This document shows positions 1-9,752 of a DNA stretch of 64,000 nt, in pieces. Location: contig JBHLMN010000008.1 in NCBI GenBank assembly GCA_048938105.1, positions 64,001-128,000 of the forward strand, written 5' to 3'. The translations under genes were made by a program, and so were the position numbers. The notes beneath the pieces are model-generated. The model worked only from the letters and a program-made list of their open reading frames with translations, did no database searches and had not been told where the DNA came from. Source of the DNA: Promethearchaeota archaeon (GTDB lineage: Archaea; Asgardarchaeota; Heimdallarchaeia; Hodarchaeales; Hodarchaeaceae). How positions within the stretch are numbered: the first letter of the stretch is position 1; each line of letters begins with the position of its first letter.

Positions 1-16
1 ACCAATTCTAAAGGGC

Positions 17-1378
17 ATGGGAATATCATTCAAGGATATTTCAGTCGAATCTGAAGAAGCTGATGAGAAACGATCACTTGAAGATCTTGTTACTCAACTT
101 TCCTACAAAGTTGAAGAAATTCCTGAAGTTAAAGAACCAGATACTACAGAAATAGATACTAGTACTGAAGATATAGAGATGTCTGAAACTGCAACTGAGG
201 CTACCCAAAGCGAAACTCTTCCCCCGCCAATAACACTACTAGATACAGAAAGAAAAAATTACGATTTTGATGATTCATCCTTAACCCTAACACAAGAAAT
301 GATTGAAGGGCTCATGCAAGAATTAACTGAAGAATTCCCATCATCAGAGCAACAATCCCCAGTTGTTATCGATGAGGATGTTTTAAGTTCTGCTTCAAGG
401 GAGAATGACAGAGGAGAACCAAGTATTCAATTTGAAAGTCAAGAATCTTTCACTGAAGCGATTCAAAAGCTTTTAAAGTTAGAGAAGATCGACCAAGAGA
501 GTGAATTAGTTCAGGGGATAAGAGATGCTATCTCAAAGAATGCAGATATGGCAATTTATGCTGCAAAGAAGCTCACTAAAGAGTTGGAAACGCACCCCAC
601 TCAAATTATCCCAATATATCTTGAATTCCTTAAACCTAGAGCTTTAACATTTATTAAAGAATTATTAGATTGGCTATTAACAGATCTAGAATCTCCAGAT
701 TATGTAGCTTTTGCTCAACGAGTTTCCGTTATCATTTCGATGAGTAAACAAGATGTTCAATTCATAGAACAATTGATTACACAAATCGTTGATTATCATA
801 TTTCGAAGTCTCTTCCCCCTACTGAACGAGAGCGCATACGCACAATAATTGGAATGATTACTGCCCGAAATGTGACGCTACAAAGACGAGCTATTAGGAC
901 ATACTTAAGCTATTATGAATCATCTGAAGTAAAACCAGATGAACTCTGGCTTGGTCTTATTAAATTTGATGCGACTCTAGTAGCGCTTGAAATCATTGAA
1001 CATCAGAGTGAAATAGGAGTTAAACTCGTACAGGATGCATTATCGCGAAATTTCGGTTCGTTTGGACATATTGTTTATGATGTATTCCACGCTTACCAAA
1101 AAGGAGATATTCAGCGTGTATTAACGTTTGCAGGAACGCTCTCAGATGGTCTGCTTAGAAAACAAAAACGAATGGAACTCGCGGCAAAGATAACTAAATT
1201 TGGAAGCGTACCAATCGAAACATTGGCACGAAGTGTTGAAATTGATCCCAAGGAATTAGAAAATCTTGTTTATGAGATGATAAACGAAAATGAGATCAAT
1301 GCTAAAATCGATGTCGTTGAAGGACGTCTCTGTATAGTGCAGTTGAATGACAAAGAGAAAGAAGAAGGTGAAAAGTAA
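17..1378 (+). CDS. PCI-domain-containing protein (acidic N-terminus, helical middle, C-terminal PCI winged helix); probably 5'-truncated by the window edge
   Basis: C-terminus FGSVPIETLARSVEIDPKELENLVYEMINENEINAKIDVVEGRLCI fits the PCI winged-helix pattern. The frame is open upstream of the ATG to the window start. Confidence 0.7.
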   Translation: MGISFKDISVESEEADEKRSLEDLVTQLSYKVEEIPEVKEPDTTEIDTSTEDIEMSETATEATQSETLPPPITLLDTERKNYDFDDSSLTLTQEMIEGLMQELTEEFPSSEQQSPVVIDEDVLSSASRENDRGEPSIQFESQESFTEAIQKLLKLEKIDQESELVQGIRDAISKNADMAIYAAKKLTKELETHPTQIIPIYLEFLKPRALTFIKELLDWLLTDLESPDYVAFAQRVSVIISMSKQDVQFIEQLITQIVDYHISKSLPPTERERIRTIIGMITARNVTLQRRAIRTYLSYYESSEVKPDELWLGLIKFDATLVALEIIEHQSEIGVKLVQDALSRNFGSFGHIVYDVFHAYQKGDIQRVLTFAGTLSDGLLRKQKRMELAAKITKFGSVPIETLARSVEIDPKELENLVYEMINENEINAKIDVVEGRLCIVQLNDKEKEEGEK

Positions 1379-1399
1379 GTACGGAGGATTTCTTGAACT

Positions 1400-2413
1400 T
1401 TAAATCTGAGGGACATAATTTACCAAAATGAAGATTACTACTAGCAGAATAGTAACTACAAAGATCCAAATAATATTCATTCTTCTTACTTTTTCAGATT
1501 GTCTCTTAGACAGGCCTCTACTTTTTACTCCAAATATCCAAAACACTCCAGTGCAAGAGAGATTGATTGCTAGGATGTTAAATAGAAGGAGACCAGTAGC
1601 AGGTATTGCCAAGTTAAATTCCCCAAGCGCTAATAAAATCCCAATAGTTGCTGCAGGGGGACATAATGATGCCGCTATAGCTACTCCAACAATTGAAACA
1701 TCTAGTCCTCGTGCGACTACTATTCCTGCGGCAAGTCCTCCCAATAATGCAAGAGCTATTATCGGGGCATCTAGTCTTGTACGATTAAGTAATTCTGTTG
1801 TTAATTCAATTTCTTTTGTTAAAATTCCTAGAGTGCTAAGATATTGAAAGATCACGACCATTAATCCTCCAACTATCACCGTTACCGAAATACCTGTGAT
1901 TTCAGCTAGTAATCCCCTTTTAATGAATGAAGTTGTTTCAAGACTTAATAATCCAAGAGAAGTCAGTACTATTGGCCCTAGGAGAGGAGCTACAATCATA
2001 CTAGCAATGATGACAACCACATCATTATTAAGAAGACCAAAAGCAGCTAGAGCAGCTGCAAGGCAGTTCATAAGAATATAAATACCAGAAAATCCTGAAA
2101 TTTCGCCAAGAGTTGCTAATATCTCTTGTTTATTTACTCCCGCGCTCGTAGGTAAGATATCTTCTTCCTTTCTACTGGAAATAAGTAAAGATACCGGTTT
2201 GACAACTATCTCGCCATAAGCTACACCTATTCCTCGGGCTTTCAGTTCTTCTAAAGCGAAATTTGTCTGATAGTCTTCAATTCTGCATTCAAAGCGGAAA
2301 GATTCACCAAAATTGTAACTTGTGGCTTGAAGAGAAAATTCCTTCAAAAATTCCTCCATCAAAGTTTTACGATCAGTAGGGAGGGTAACTTGAATTTCCT
2401 TCATGAATTTCAC
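1400..2413 (-). CDS. DUF389/TIGR00341-family hydrophobic membrane protein
   Basis: Motifs GLLNNDVVVIIASMIVAPLLGP and VGVAIAASLCPPA; about 7 TM segments. Confidence 0.85.
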   Translation of the reverse strand: MKFMKEIQVTLPTDRKTLMEEFLKEFSLQATSYNFGESFRFECRIEDYQTNFALEELKARGIGVAYGEIVVKPVSLLISSRKEEDILPTSAGVNKQEILATLGEISGFSGIYILMNCLAAALAAFGLLNNDVVVIIASMIVAPLLGPIVLTSLGLLSLETTSFIKRGLLAEITGISVTVIVGGLMVVIFQYLSTLGILTKEIELTTELLNRTRLDAPIIALALLGGLAAGIVVARGLDVSIVGVAIAASLCPPAATIGILLALGEFNLAIPATGLLLFNILAINLSCTGVFWIFGVKSRGLSKRQSEKVRRMNIIWIFVVTILLVVIFILVNYVPQI

Positions 2414-2702
2414 CTATATTAGGGAATTAATACCTATCAATAATTGGAGATGGGAAATATCAACGATTAACGGTGAATTATTACAAATTAGACTTGACCT
2501 ATTTGATTTTGAATATTTTTAAATGACTGGGTTTCCACTAATCAATGGTTAAAAAACTAAACCTAAATCTATGTTTTAAATATCTTGGTGGATTATTTAA
2601 AAGATGATTAATAGATTTAAATGATTAATAAAAGAGGGAAGACAATTTATCATTAACTCCAGTAGAAACATGATACTCGTTAACTGAGCAGCAGGCTAGA
2701 GA

Positions 2703-4439
2703 ATGACAATGATTCCTAGTTCACAGCAGGAAAAAATGAAACATTATCAAGCAAGAATTATAGAAGTCATGTCAAAGTCTGGTGTCTCCAATTTATGGTA
2801 TTTTTCTATTATTTTGTTTTTTCTTGTACTTGTCTTATTTCCTACGATTTTTGTCTTAATTTATGTGATCCTAGAATTTGCTATTATCCAATCGGAGGTG
2901 CTTTCTAACCCAACAATCATGTCTGAAATTTTACAAGCGTTAATGTATTCAATTACTGTATCAGTCATTGTAACAATAGTAGACCTGATATTTGGGCTTC
3001 CTATTTCTTGGATATTAGTGCGAAAAGAATTTCGGTTCAAATCGATCTTAAATAGTATTATTGAACTCCCTTTGGCTGTCCCTACAGCTGGTCTTGGTTT
3101 CTCAGTCGCCCTTTTTTGGGGAGTGACTCCAAGTGTTCCCAAAGAAGAAGGTTTAGTATCAGTTTTTGCATTGAATTTCATACAAGATGCACTTCCTATT
3201 TTGATTCTCTTCCATTTTACTACAACATTTCCATATGTTGTTCGTTCATTGGCAGCGATATTAGATGAAATTGACATCACACTAGAAATCGCTGCTCGAA
3301 CATGTGGAGCAAGTAAGTTTACAGCAGCAAGAACTGTTACACTTCCTTTATTCCGTTCTGGTGTTGCGACAGCAATGGTATTAAGTCTTGCCAAAAGTTT
3401 AAGTGATACTGGTGGAGTGATGACCGTCTTAGCCACAATTAATAGCCTTAAACAGACTGGTACTGTACTAATTGGAAATTGGAAAGGAGAGTACAAAGAT
3501 GCAATTGCAGCAGGGGAGGAACCACTCAGTTATCTATTACCTGGTATGGCTTTTGTGAGTGTATTAATGATCTGTATCGCATTATTTTTAGTTTTTCTTG
3601 CGAAAATTCTAGCAAAACAAGCAAAATTACCATTTCGGAGAGTATTTCCCAGCTTTGAATGGAGAATCAGTGAGGGTACAGCACCAAAAGCTCGATCAAT
3701 TTTATCTTTCGGTTTCCTAGTAGTATTTGTTTTAATTCCCTCATTTTTCCTAGTTTTATATCTTTTTCAAGGAATAAGTGTTGAAAAACTTTTCACTGCT
3801 GATTGGCTACTTTTTAGCCAAAGTATTCTATTATCAGTAATAGTAGCAACTGTTGCAACCATTGTAAATGTTTGTTTAGGGGTTCCAATGGCGATTCTAA
3901 TTACACGAAAAAACCATCCTTTCTCACGTATTCTTGATGCACTGGTCGATATTCCTTATATTGTACCAAGTGCAGCATTAGGGTTTAGTGTAGGATTGTT
4001 CTGGACTACTCAATTTATTTTTCCCCCAAATGAATTATTCTTTGTTATTATGGCTCATATTAGTATGACTTTTCCTTTCATCGTTAGAAATACCATTGGA
4101 GGATTAGCTGAACTTGATCCTTCATATGAAGATGCTGCACGAAGCTTAGGTGCTCGACCTGTTCAAACATTTCGTCATGTTACTCTTCCAGTAGTAAAAT
4201 TTTCAATTATCGCTGGAGCAATCATGTCTTTTACCCGTAGTATTGGAGAAACTGGAGCAACTTTAGCAGTATCTCCTGAATCTATCACTGCTCCAGTTTT
4301 CATCGTTGAATTGATAAAGGGGGTAAAGCCCGATTATTTTTTCGCAGCTCTCACAACAGTGATCTTAATTTTGATTTCTTCTCTATTGATCTTCGTTCTA
4401 AGAATTACAATAACAAAAAAAGGTAAACACGTTGTGTAG
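2703..4439 (+). CDS. ABC transporter permease with two fused BPD_transp_1 units (CysT/ModB/FbpB-like)
   Basis: Two EAA loops (LEIAARTCGASK; YEDAARSLGARP) and two LPLAVP/IPYIVP motifs. Confidence 0.9.
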   Translation: MTMIPSSQQEKMKHYQARIIEVMSKSGVSNLWYFSIILFFLVLVLFPTIFVLIYVILEFAIIQSEVLSNPTIMSEILQALMYSITVSVIVTIVDLIFGLPISWILVRKEFRFKSILNSIIELPLAVPTAGLGFSVALFWGVTPSVPKEEGLVSVFALNFIQDALPILILFHFTTTFPYVVRSLAAILDEIDITLEIAARTCGASKFTAARTVTLPLFRSGVATAMVLSLAKSLSDTGGVMTVLATINSLKQTGTVLIGNWKGEYKDAIAAGEEPLSYLLPGMAFVSVLMICIALFLVFLAKILAKQAKLPFRRVFPSFEWRISEGTAPKARSILSFGFLVVFVLIPSFFLVLYLFQGISVEKLFTADWLLFSQSILLSVIVATVATIVNVCLGVPMAILITRKNHPFSRILDALVDIPYIVPSAALGFSVGLFWTTQFIFPPNELFFVIMAHISMTFPFIVRNTIGGLAELDPSYEDAARSLGARPVQTFRHVTLPVVKFSIIAGAIMSFTRSIGETGATLAVSPESITAPVFIVELIKGVKPDYFFAALTTVILILISSLLIFVLRITITKKGKHVV

Positions 4440-4452
4440 GAGAGAAGTGTAG

Positions 4453-5616
4453 GTGGTAAAAGCACATATTGAAATTCAAGACTTAAATAAGCGCTTCGGG
4501 AAGCTTTACGCCATACAAGATTTTAATTTAGAAGTAGAACGTGGAGAATATGTTGTAATTCTAGGGCCAACTGGTGCGGGGAAAACTACACTACTGAAAT
4601 TGATTGCTGGTTTAGTTAAACCAACATCAGGGAACATATATAAGAACGGTGAGTTATTAAATAATATTCCACCTGAAAAACGCAATTTAGCATATCTACC
4701 TCAAACATCAGATTATTCTCTTTTTCCATATATGAATGTCTGGGATAACACTGTTTTTTCTCCAAAAGTGAGAGGAAATAAACCATGGGAGGAAGTATTA
4801 ACCTTGGGAGATGAAATACTCGATTTAGTTAACTTAAGAACTCGCTACAATGCATATCCTCATGAATTAAGTGGAGGGATGATGCAGCGTGTTGCTTTAG
4901 CACGAGCGATAGCGGCAGATGCAGACGTTTTCCTGTTAGATGAGCCGTTACGAGCTTTAGATGCAAGGTTACGTATTCGATTACGAAAAGAGATACGAAA
5001 ATTAGTTAGTGATCTTGAAAAAACAACATTTCATGTAACCCATGACCAAGAAGAAGCGATAGCGGTCGCTGATAGAGTGTTAATCATAAATAAGGGGAAA
5101 ATTGTCCAATTTGATATTCCTGAAGAAATCTACAATTATCCTTCTACATTATTCGCAGCTTACTTTTTTGGTACAACAAATTTAATTCCAGCCCTAAGAG
5201 CAAGAAATAAAAATAATGGGGATGTGGTGCGAGTAGGGGAACATAAAATAAGTATTAAATCCCAAGATATTGTCCGTGGTATAGACAAAAATGAAAGTAA
5301 TTCAGAAGAGGAAATTGTGCTTGCGATTAAAGCGGAAAAAATCCTTGTGGCCCCCTTAATAGAAACTAGGACTGAATTAAAATCTAATGTAAATATCTTT
5401 GAAGGAACTGTTGAACAGGCTTTTTTCCTAGGAAAATGGGCAAATCTTGCTGTTAAGGTAGAAGGACTTTCGAAGAAAGAGCTTCAAGTGATTATTCCTT
5501 CATCAGATCTTCAACATTACGATGTTGGAACTAATGTTAGACTAGAAATTCCATTTGAGAATATATCTTATTTCGTTGAACCTTGGGAGTTAGTTAAAAA
5601 ACTGGAGATGACTTAG
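4453..5616 (+). CDS. ABC transporter ATP-binding protein (PotA/CysA/MalK-like, C-terminal TOBE)
   Basis: Walker A GPTGAGKTT, signature LSGGMMQR, Walker B FLLDEP, HVTHDQEEA. Confidence 0.95.
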   Translation: MVKAHIEIQDLNKRFGKLYAIQDFNLEVERGEYVVILGPTGAGKTTLLKLIAGLVKPTSGNIYKNGELLNNIPPEKRNLAYLPQTSDYSLFPYMNVWDNTVFSPKVRGNKPWEEVLTLGDEILDLVNLRTRYNAYPHELSGGMMQRVALARAIAADADVFLLDEPLRALDARLRIRLRKEIRKLVSDLEKTTFHVTHDQEEAIAVADRVLIINKGKIVQFDIPEEIYNYPSTLFAAYFFGTTNLIPALRARNKNNGDVVRVGEHKISIKSQDIVRGIDKNESNSEEEIVLAIKAEKILVAPLIETRTELKSNVNIFEGTVEQAFFLGKWANLAVKVEGLSKKELQVIIPSSDLQHYDVGTNVRLEIPFENISYFVEPWELVKKLEMT

Positions 5617-6714
5617 ATGCCAAATGTACAATTAATAGGGGTTTCTAAATTTTTTGGGCGGATTAAGGCTCTTGAAGATATAAATTTAGAAATCAAAGAA
5701 GGGGAATACGTTGGTATTTTGGGTCCATCTGGATGTGGGAAGACCACATTGATAAATTGTATCACTGGAATCGTCGAACCAACACATGGAACGATCTTGA
5801 TTGATGGAAAAAGTGTGATAAATATCCCTATTGAACGAAGAGATTTTGCAATGGTTTTTCAAAGTATTGCGATATTTCCTCATATGACAGTAGAACAAAA
5901 TGCTGCTTATGGACCTTTTGTTAGGGATGTACCTAAACAAACTCAGGGGAAAATAAGTGAAGAAATGTTACGATTGGTCGATATACTTGATCAGAAACAG
6001 TTATGTCCCCGTTCATTAAGTGGAGGAGCTAAACAAAAAACCGCGGTTGCACGAGCTCTAGCCAATCAAGAAAAGCTACTAATATTAGATGAACCAATCT
6101 CAGCTTTAGATTATAAAGTTAGGGTGTCCCTTCGGTATGAACTCAGACGATTGGTGAAAAAATTAGGATTAACTGCCGTGCATATTACGCATGACCAAGA
6201 AGAAGCAATGTCGATATCTGATCGACTGGTTATTCTACGAGCAGGGCGGATTGTCGAATCTGGAACTCCTCAACAGCTTTACGAACATCCGCAAACATTA
6301 TTCTCAATGAATTTTGTAGGAGAAAGTAACTTTTTAGAGGGAATGATCAAAAGCAAGAGAGCTCAGGAGTCTTATTTTAGAATTGAGTTTCGAAATCATC
6401 AATACATTGATCTTCAAGGCTTAGAAGGGGATTTTGATCAGGGGGAAAGTATTGTCTTGGCTTTCCGTCCTGAAACCATAAATTTTCGCTTTCAGGAAGA
6501 AGATAATACTTTGAGAGGAACTATTTTACGAAAAAGATTTATGGGGGGATACATTCGATATGAAGTGGAGTTATTAACGGATGATTTGATAATCATTGAT
6601 TCTCCAACTCTATTAGAAGAAAAGAAAAAGATATATATCCAAATAGACCCCCAGGAAGCACGTTTATTCGCTGCTCCAGAATTTGGTTTAAAGAAGGTAT
6701 TAGCACTTGAGTAA
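5617..6714 (+). CDS. Second ABC transporter ATP-binding protein (PotA/CysA-like)
   Basis: GPSGCGKTT, LSGGAKQK, LILDEP, HITHDQEEA; its ATG directly abuts the previous stop. Confidence 0.95.
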   Translation: MPNVQLIGVSKFFGRIKALEDINLEIKEGEYVGILGPSGCGKTTLINCITGIVEPTHGTILIDGKSVINIPIERRDFAMVFQSIAIFPHMTVEQNAAYGPFVRDVPKQTQGKISEEMLRLVDILDQKQLCPRSLSGGAKQKTAVARALANQEKLLILDEPISALDYKVRVSLRYELRRLVKKLGLTAVHITHDQEEAMSISDRLVILRAGRIVESGTPQQLYEHPQTLFSMNFVGESNFLEGMIKSKRAQESYFRIEFRNHQYIDLQGLEGDFDQGESIVLAFRPETINFRFQEEDNTLRGTILRKRFMGGYIRYEVELLTDDLIIIDSPTLLEEKKKIYIQIDPQEARLFAAPEFGLKKVLALE

Positions 6715-7408
6715 ACATGAAGAAAGTAGTTTATTGCATTGGTTCCGTCAGCGGCGAAACCAAGTAATTTTGAAGGGTTTAGATGAACATAATGAGAAAA
6801 TTTTAGATACACTAACCTCTTGCGAAGAATTAATCAAACATATGGCATCACCCGAGTTGGCTCGTGTAGAAAAGCTATATAATCGAGTAAGTATGCTTGA
6901 AAGGTCTGCGGATCACTGCCAAGATGATCTCGCTAATGAAATAGCACGGGGAGTGCTCCCACCTGAAATTCGGGAAAAACTGTATCGTCTTGTTCGAGTA
7001 GCTGATGCAACAGCAAATTGGACAAAGACTGCTAGCAAAAATTTAGTTATACTTGCTAAACTAGATGTAGACATGTTACAATTTGAAGATCCAATATTGA
7101 ACTATTTTAAGGAAATAAATAAACTTACGATAGAATCTGTTCGTATTTTTCGAAAGATGTGTTCATCTCTTGGACGAGATGATCGAATTATTATTGATAA
7201 TCGCCAGATCATTGAAGATCGTGAACGTGAGGCTGATGAGGTTCATTTTCGCGCAAGAGAGGAAATTTTAGGGATTTCTGATAGTTTTGGATATTCTATT
7301 CACTTTCTTCTTCTGGACACTGTAAAAAACTTCGAAAATGCTTCCGATGCCATAACATCTGCTGCAGATGTCTTGTACACCATTGTGTTATTAGGAACCC
7401 CAGCTTAA
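6707..7408 (+). CDS. DUF47/PhoU-like protein
   Basis: Duplicated helical motif LERSADHCQDD / REREADEVH...FENASD; overlaps the upstream stop. Confidence 0.8.
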   Translation: MSKHEESSLLHWFRQRRNQVILKGLDEHNEKILDTLTSCEELIKHMASPELARVEKLYNRVSMLERSADHCQDDLANEIARGVLPPEIREKLYRLVRVADATANWTKTASKNLVILAKLDVDMLQFEDPILNYFKEINKLTIESVRIFRKMCSSLGRDDRIIIDNRQIIEDREREADEVHFRAREEILGISDSFGYSIHFLLLDTVKNFENASDAITSAADVLYTIVLLGTPA

Positions 7409-7453
7409 TTAATTCTTCCATTCTTTTAATCACTGTCGGAGAACTAGTTTGTT

Positions 7454-8173
7454 ATGATCAAATATGATAGAAACACTAGAATCACAGTGATTTCTGGAGC
7501 AGGATTCTCCCAAGCATCTGGGATCCCAACTTTCCGAGGAAAGAATGGCTTATGGAAGAACTATGATCCTTCTGATTTGGCTACTCCTAGTGCTTTCGCT
7601 AGAGATCCAAAACTTGTTTGGGAATGGTACAAGTGGCGCTTAAATATTATTTTAAATGCAGATCCAAATCTGGCACACTTAACGTTGGCAAAAGTAGAGC
7701 AGGAAGGTTTTGATGTAGTTATTCTAACACAAAATGTCGATGATCTTCATGAAAGAGCAGGATCACAGAATGTGATACATCTTCATGGTGAAATACGTCA
7801 AGTAAGATGTGTCAGCTGTGGAGAGAAATTCTATTGGACATTAGATCTCCTTAAAATTATTAATGACATACCTAAATGTGATACCTGTGCATCAGTTTGC
7901 CGTCCTGATGTTGTGTGGTTTGGAGAAGGTTTGGATAGTAAAATCATTCAAAGCTGTATTACACGACTATCTATAACAGATATATTGATCGTTGCTGGAA
8001 CATCAGGAGTAGTTTATCCTGTGGCTGAATTTCCATTCCTGTCCAAAAGACAGAATCCATCAATTCAGATTTTTGAGTTCAATCTTGATTATACACCTAT
8101 TTCTAATATTGCTACTAAAACAATTCTTGGATCAGTTGAGAAGACGCTCCCAAACTTCATTCAATCTAAATGA
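7454..8173 (+). CDS. cobB: NAD-dependent protein deacylase, Sir2 class III
   Basis: GAGFSQASGIPTFRG, TQNVDDLHERAG, HLHG, CxxC/CxxC zinc motifs, RPDVVWFGE, GTSGVVYP; WYKWR supplies a YxxR. Confidence 0.93.
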   Translation: MIKYDRNTRITVISGAGFSQASGIPTFRGKNGLWKNYDPSDLATPSAFARDPKLVWEWYKWRLNIILNADPNLAHLTLAKVEQEGFDVVILTQNVDDLHERAGSQNVIHLHGEIRQVRCVSCGEKFYWTLDLLKIINDIPKCDTCASVCRPDVVWFGEGLDSKIIQSCITRLSITDILIVAGTSGVVYPVAEFPFLSKRQNPSIQIFEFNLDYTPISNIATKTILGSVEKTLPNFIQSK

Positions 8174-8264
8174 TCTTCATTGTTTTCTAATAATCTTAAA
8201 AAGCATATATGAAATCCTAGCCCCATCAACATTCTTTTACTAAATTATTTGTGAGATGAACTGA

Positions 8265-9704
8265 ATGAAGACTTCTCAAGAATATAGAGAGAGCTTATAC
8301 AAAATGAAGCATAATGTATTCATAAATGGGGAGAAGGTCGGACGGAAAGATCCGAGAATGGAAGGGGTAATAAAGACAATTTCCCAAACCCTAGATAGAG
8401 TTAATGAACCAGAATTTAAAGATTTACTATCTGCCAAGTCCCATATTAGTGGTGAAACTGTAAATAGATTTACCCATATTCATCAATCCGTAGATGATCT
8501 TCTCAAGAAACAAGAGATGACAAGAAGGATTTGTCGTTATACTGGAGGGTGTATATTTCGCTGCATGGGAATCGACGCAATGAATGCGCTTTCAATTATA
8601 ACTTATCGCGCAGAAAAAATGACAGGTAAACCATATCATCAACGTTGGCTAGAATACCTAAAGTTCTGGCAAGAAAATGACATTATTGCGACTTGTGCTC
8701 AGACAGATGTTAAAGGAGATCGATCCCTGAGGCCCCATCAACAAGCTGATCCTGATTTGTATGTTCATGTTGTAGAGCATCGTGATGATGGTATTGTGGT
8801 TCGTGGAGCCAAAAATCATATTACTGCAGCTGCGGTAGCTGAAGAGATCATCGTTACTCCAACAAGATTTTTGACCCCAGAGGAGGATCAATATGCGGTT
8901 TCTTTTGCTATTCCTGGCGATTGGGACAACGTTTATCTGGTTACACGAGCGTCGAATATGAGACCACGTGAGCATACATCATGTCCTTCTGCAGATGCTG
9001 GGGATGTTGAAAACTTCATCATTTTTGACGATGCATTTATTCCAAACGATAGAGTGTTTCTAGGGGGTTATGAGGGAGAACATCAGTTCGGAGGTTGGTT
9101 AGCTCTGTTATTTGCTTTATATCATAGACATAGCTACACTGGGTGCAAACCTGCGACCACTGATATTATTATGGGGTATAGTGCACTAGTCACAGAATAT
9201 AATGGCGTAGGAGACAAGAAACACGTCCAATCTAAGCTCGCAGATTTAATTAGTGTTGCTGAACTCGTTAATGCAGCGGGGATTGCCTCAGCTTATAAAG
9301 CAACAAAAGATGAATCAGGTACAATGATTCCTGATCCAGTTTTCTGTAATGTCGGTCGAAAACATGCCGGGAAAAATTATTATCACGAACTAGAAACTCT
9401 AGCTGATCTTGCTGGAGGATTACCAGCCACTCTTCCTTACGAAAAAGACTTTTTCAATGATACAACTGGTCCATTTCTGCAAAAATATATCAAACGTAAA
9501 GAGGATGTCTCTGCTGAGAATGTGTATAGACTCTACAGAACACTGTCAGATACTCTTTGCTCGGGAATTGGTGGTGTTGCGGCTGTTGCAGGTATTCACG
9601 GTGGTGGAAGTCCAGTTATGGAAGACATAGCTATTCTTAAACAATACGATATCGATGAACGGAAGAAAATCGCGAAGTACCTTTCTGGAATTTCGGATGA
9701 TTGA
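8265..9704 (+). CDS. abfD: 4-hydroxybutyryl-CoA dehydratase (HpaB/AbfD family)
   Basis: Candidate [4Fe-4S] ligands CIFRC and HRHSYTGCK; AQTDVKGDRS, DPDLYVHVVE, GIVVRGAK and HGGGSP motifs. Confidence 0.85.
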   Translation: MKTSQEYRESLYKMKHNVFINGEKVGRKDPRMEGVIKTISQTLDRVNEPEFKDLLSAKSHISGETVNRFTHIHQSVDDLLKKQEMTRRICRYTGGCIFRCMGIDAMNALSIITYRAEKMTGKPYHQRWLEYLKFWQENDIIATCAQTDVKGDRSLRPHQQADPDLYVHVVEHRDDGIVVRGAKNHITAAAVAEEIIVTPTRFLTPEEDQYAVSFAIPGDWDNVYLVTRASNMRPREHTSCPSADAGDVENFIIFDDAFIPNDRVFLGGYEGEHQFGGWLALLFALYHRHSYTGCKPATTDIIMGYSALVTEYNGVGDKKHVQSKLADLISVAELVNAAGIASAYKATKDESGTMIPDPVFCNVGRKHAGKNYYHELETLADLAGGLPATLPYEKDFFNDTTGPFLQKYIKRKEDVSAENVYRLYRTLSDTLCSGIGGVAAVAGIHGGGSPVMEDIAILKQYDIDERKKIAKYLSGISDD

Positions 9705-9752
9705 CAGTGTATCAATAATTAATCCTTAAGCAGAAACTTTCAGAACTAGTCT

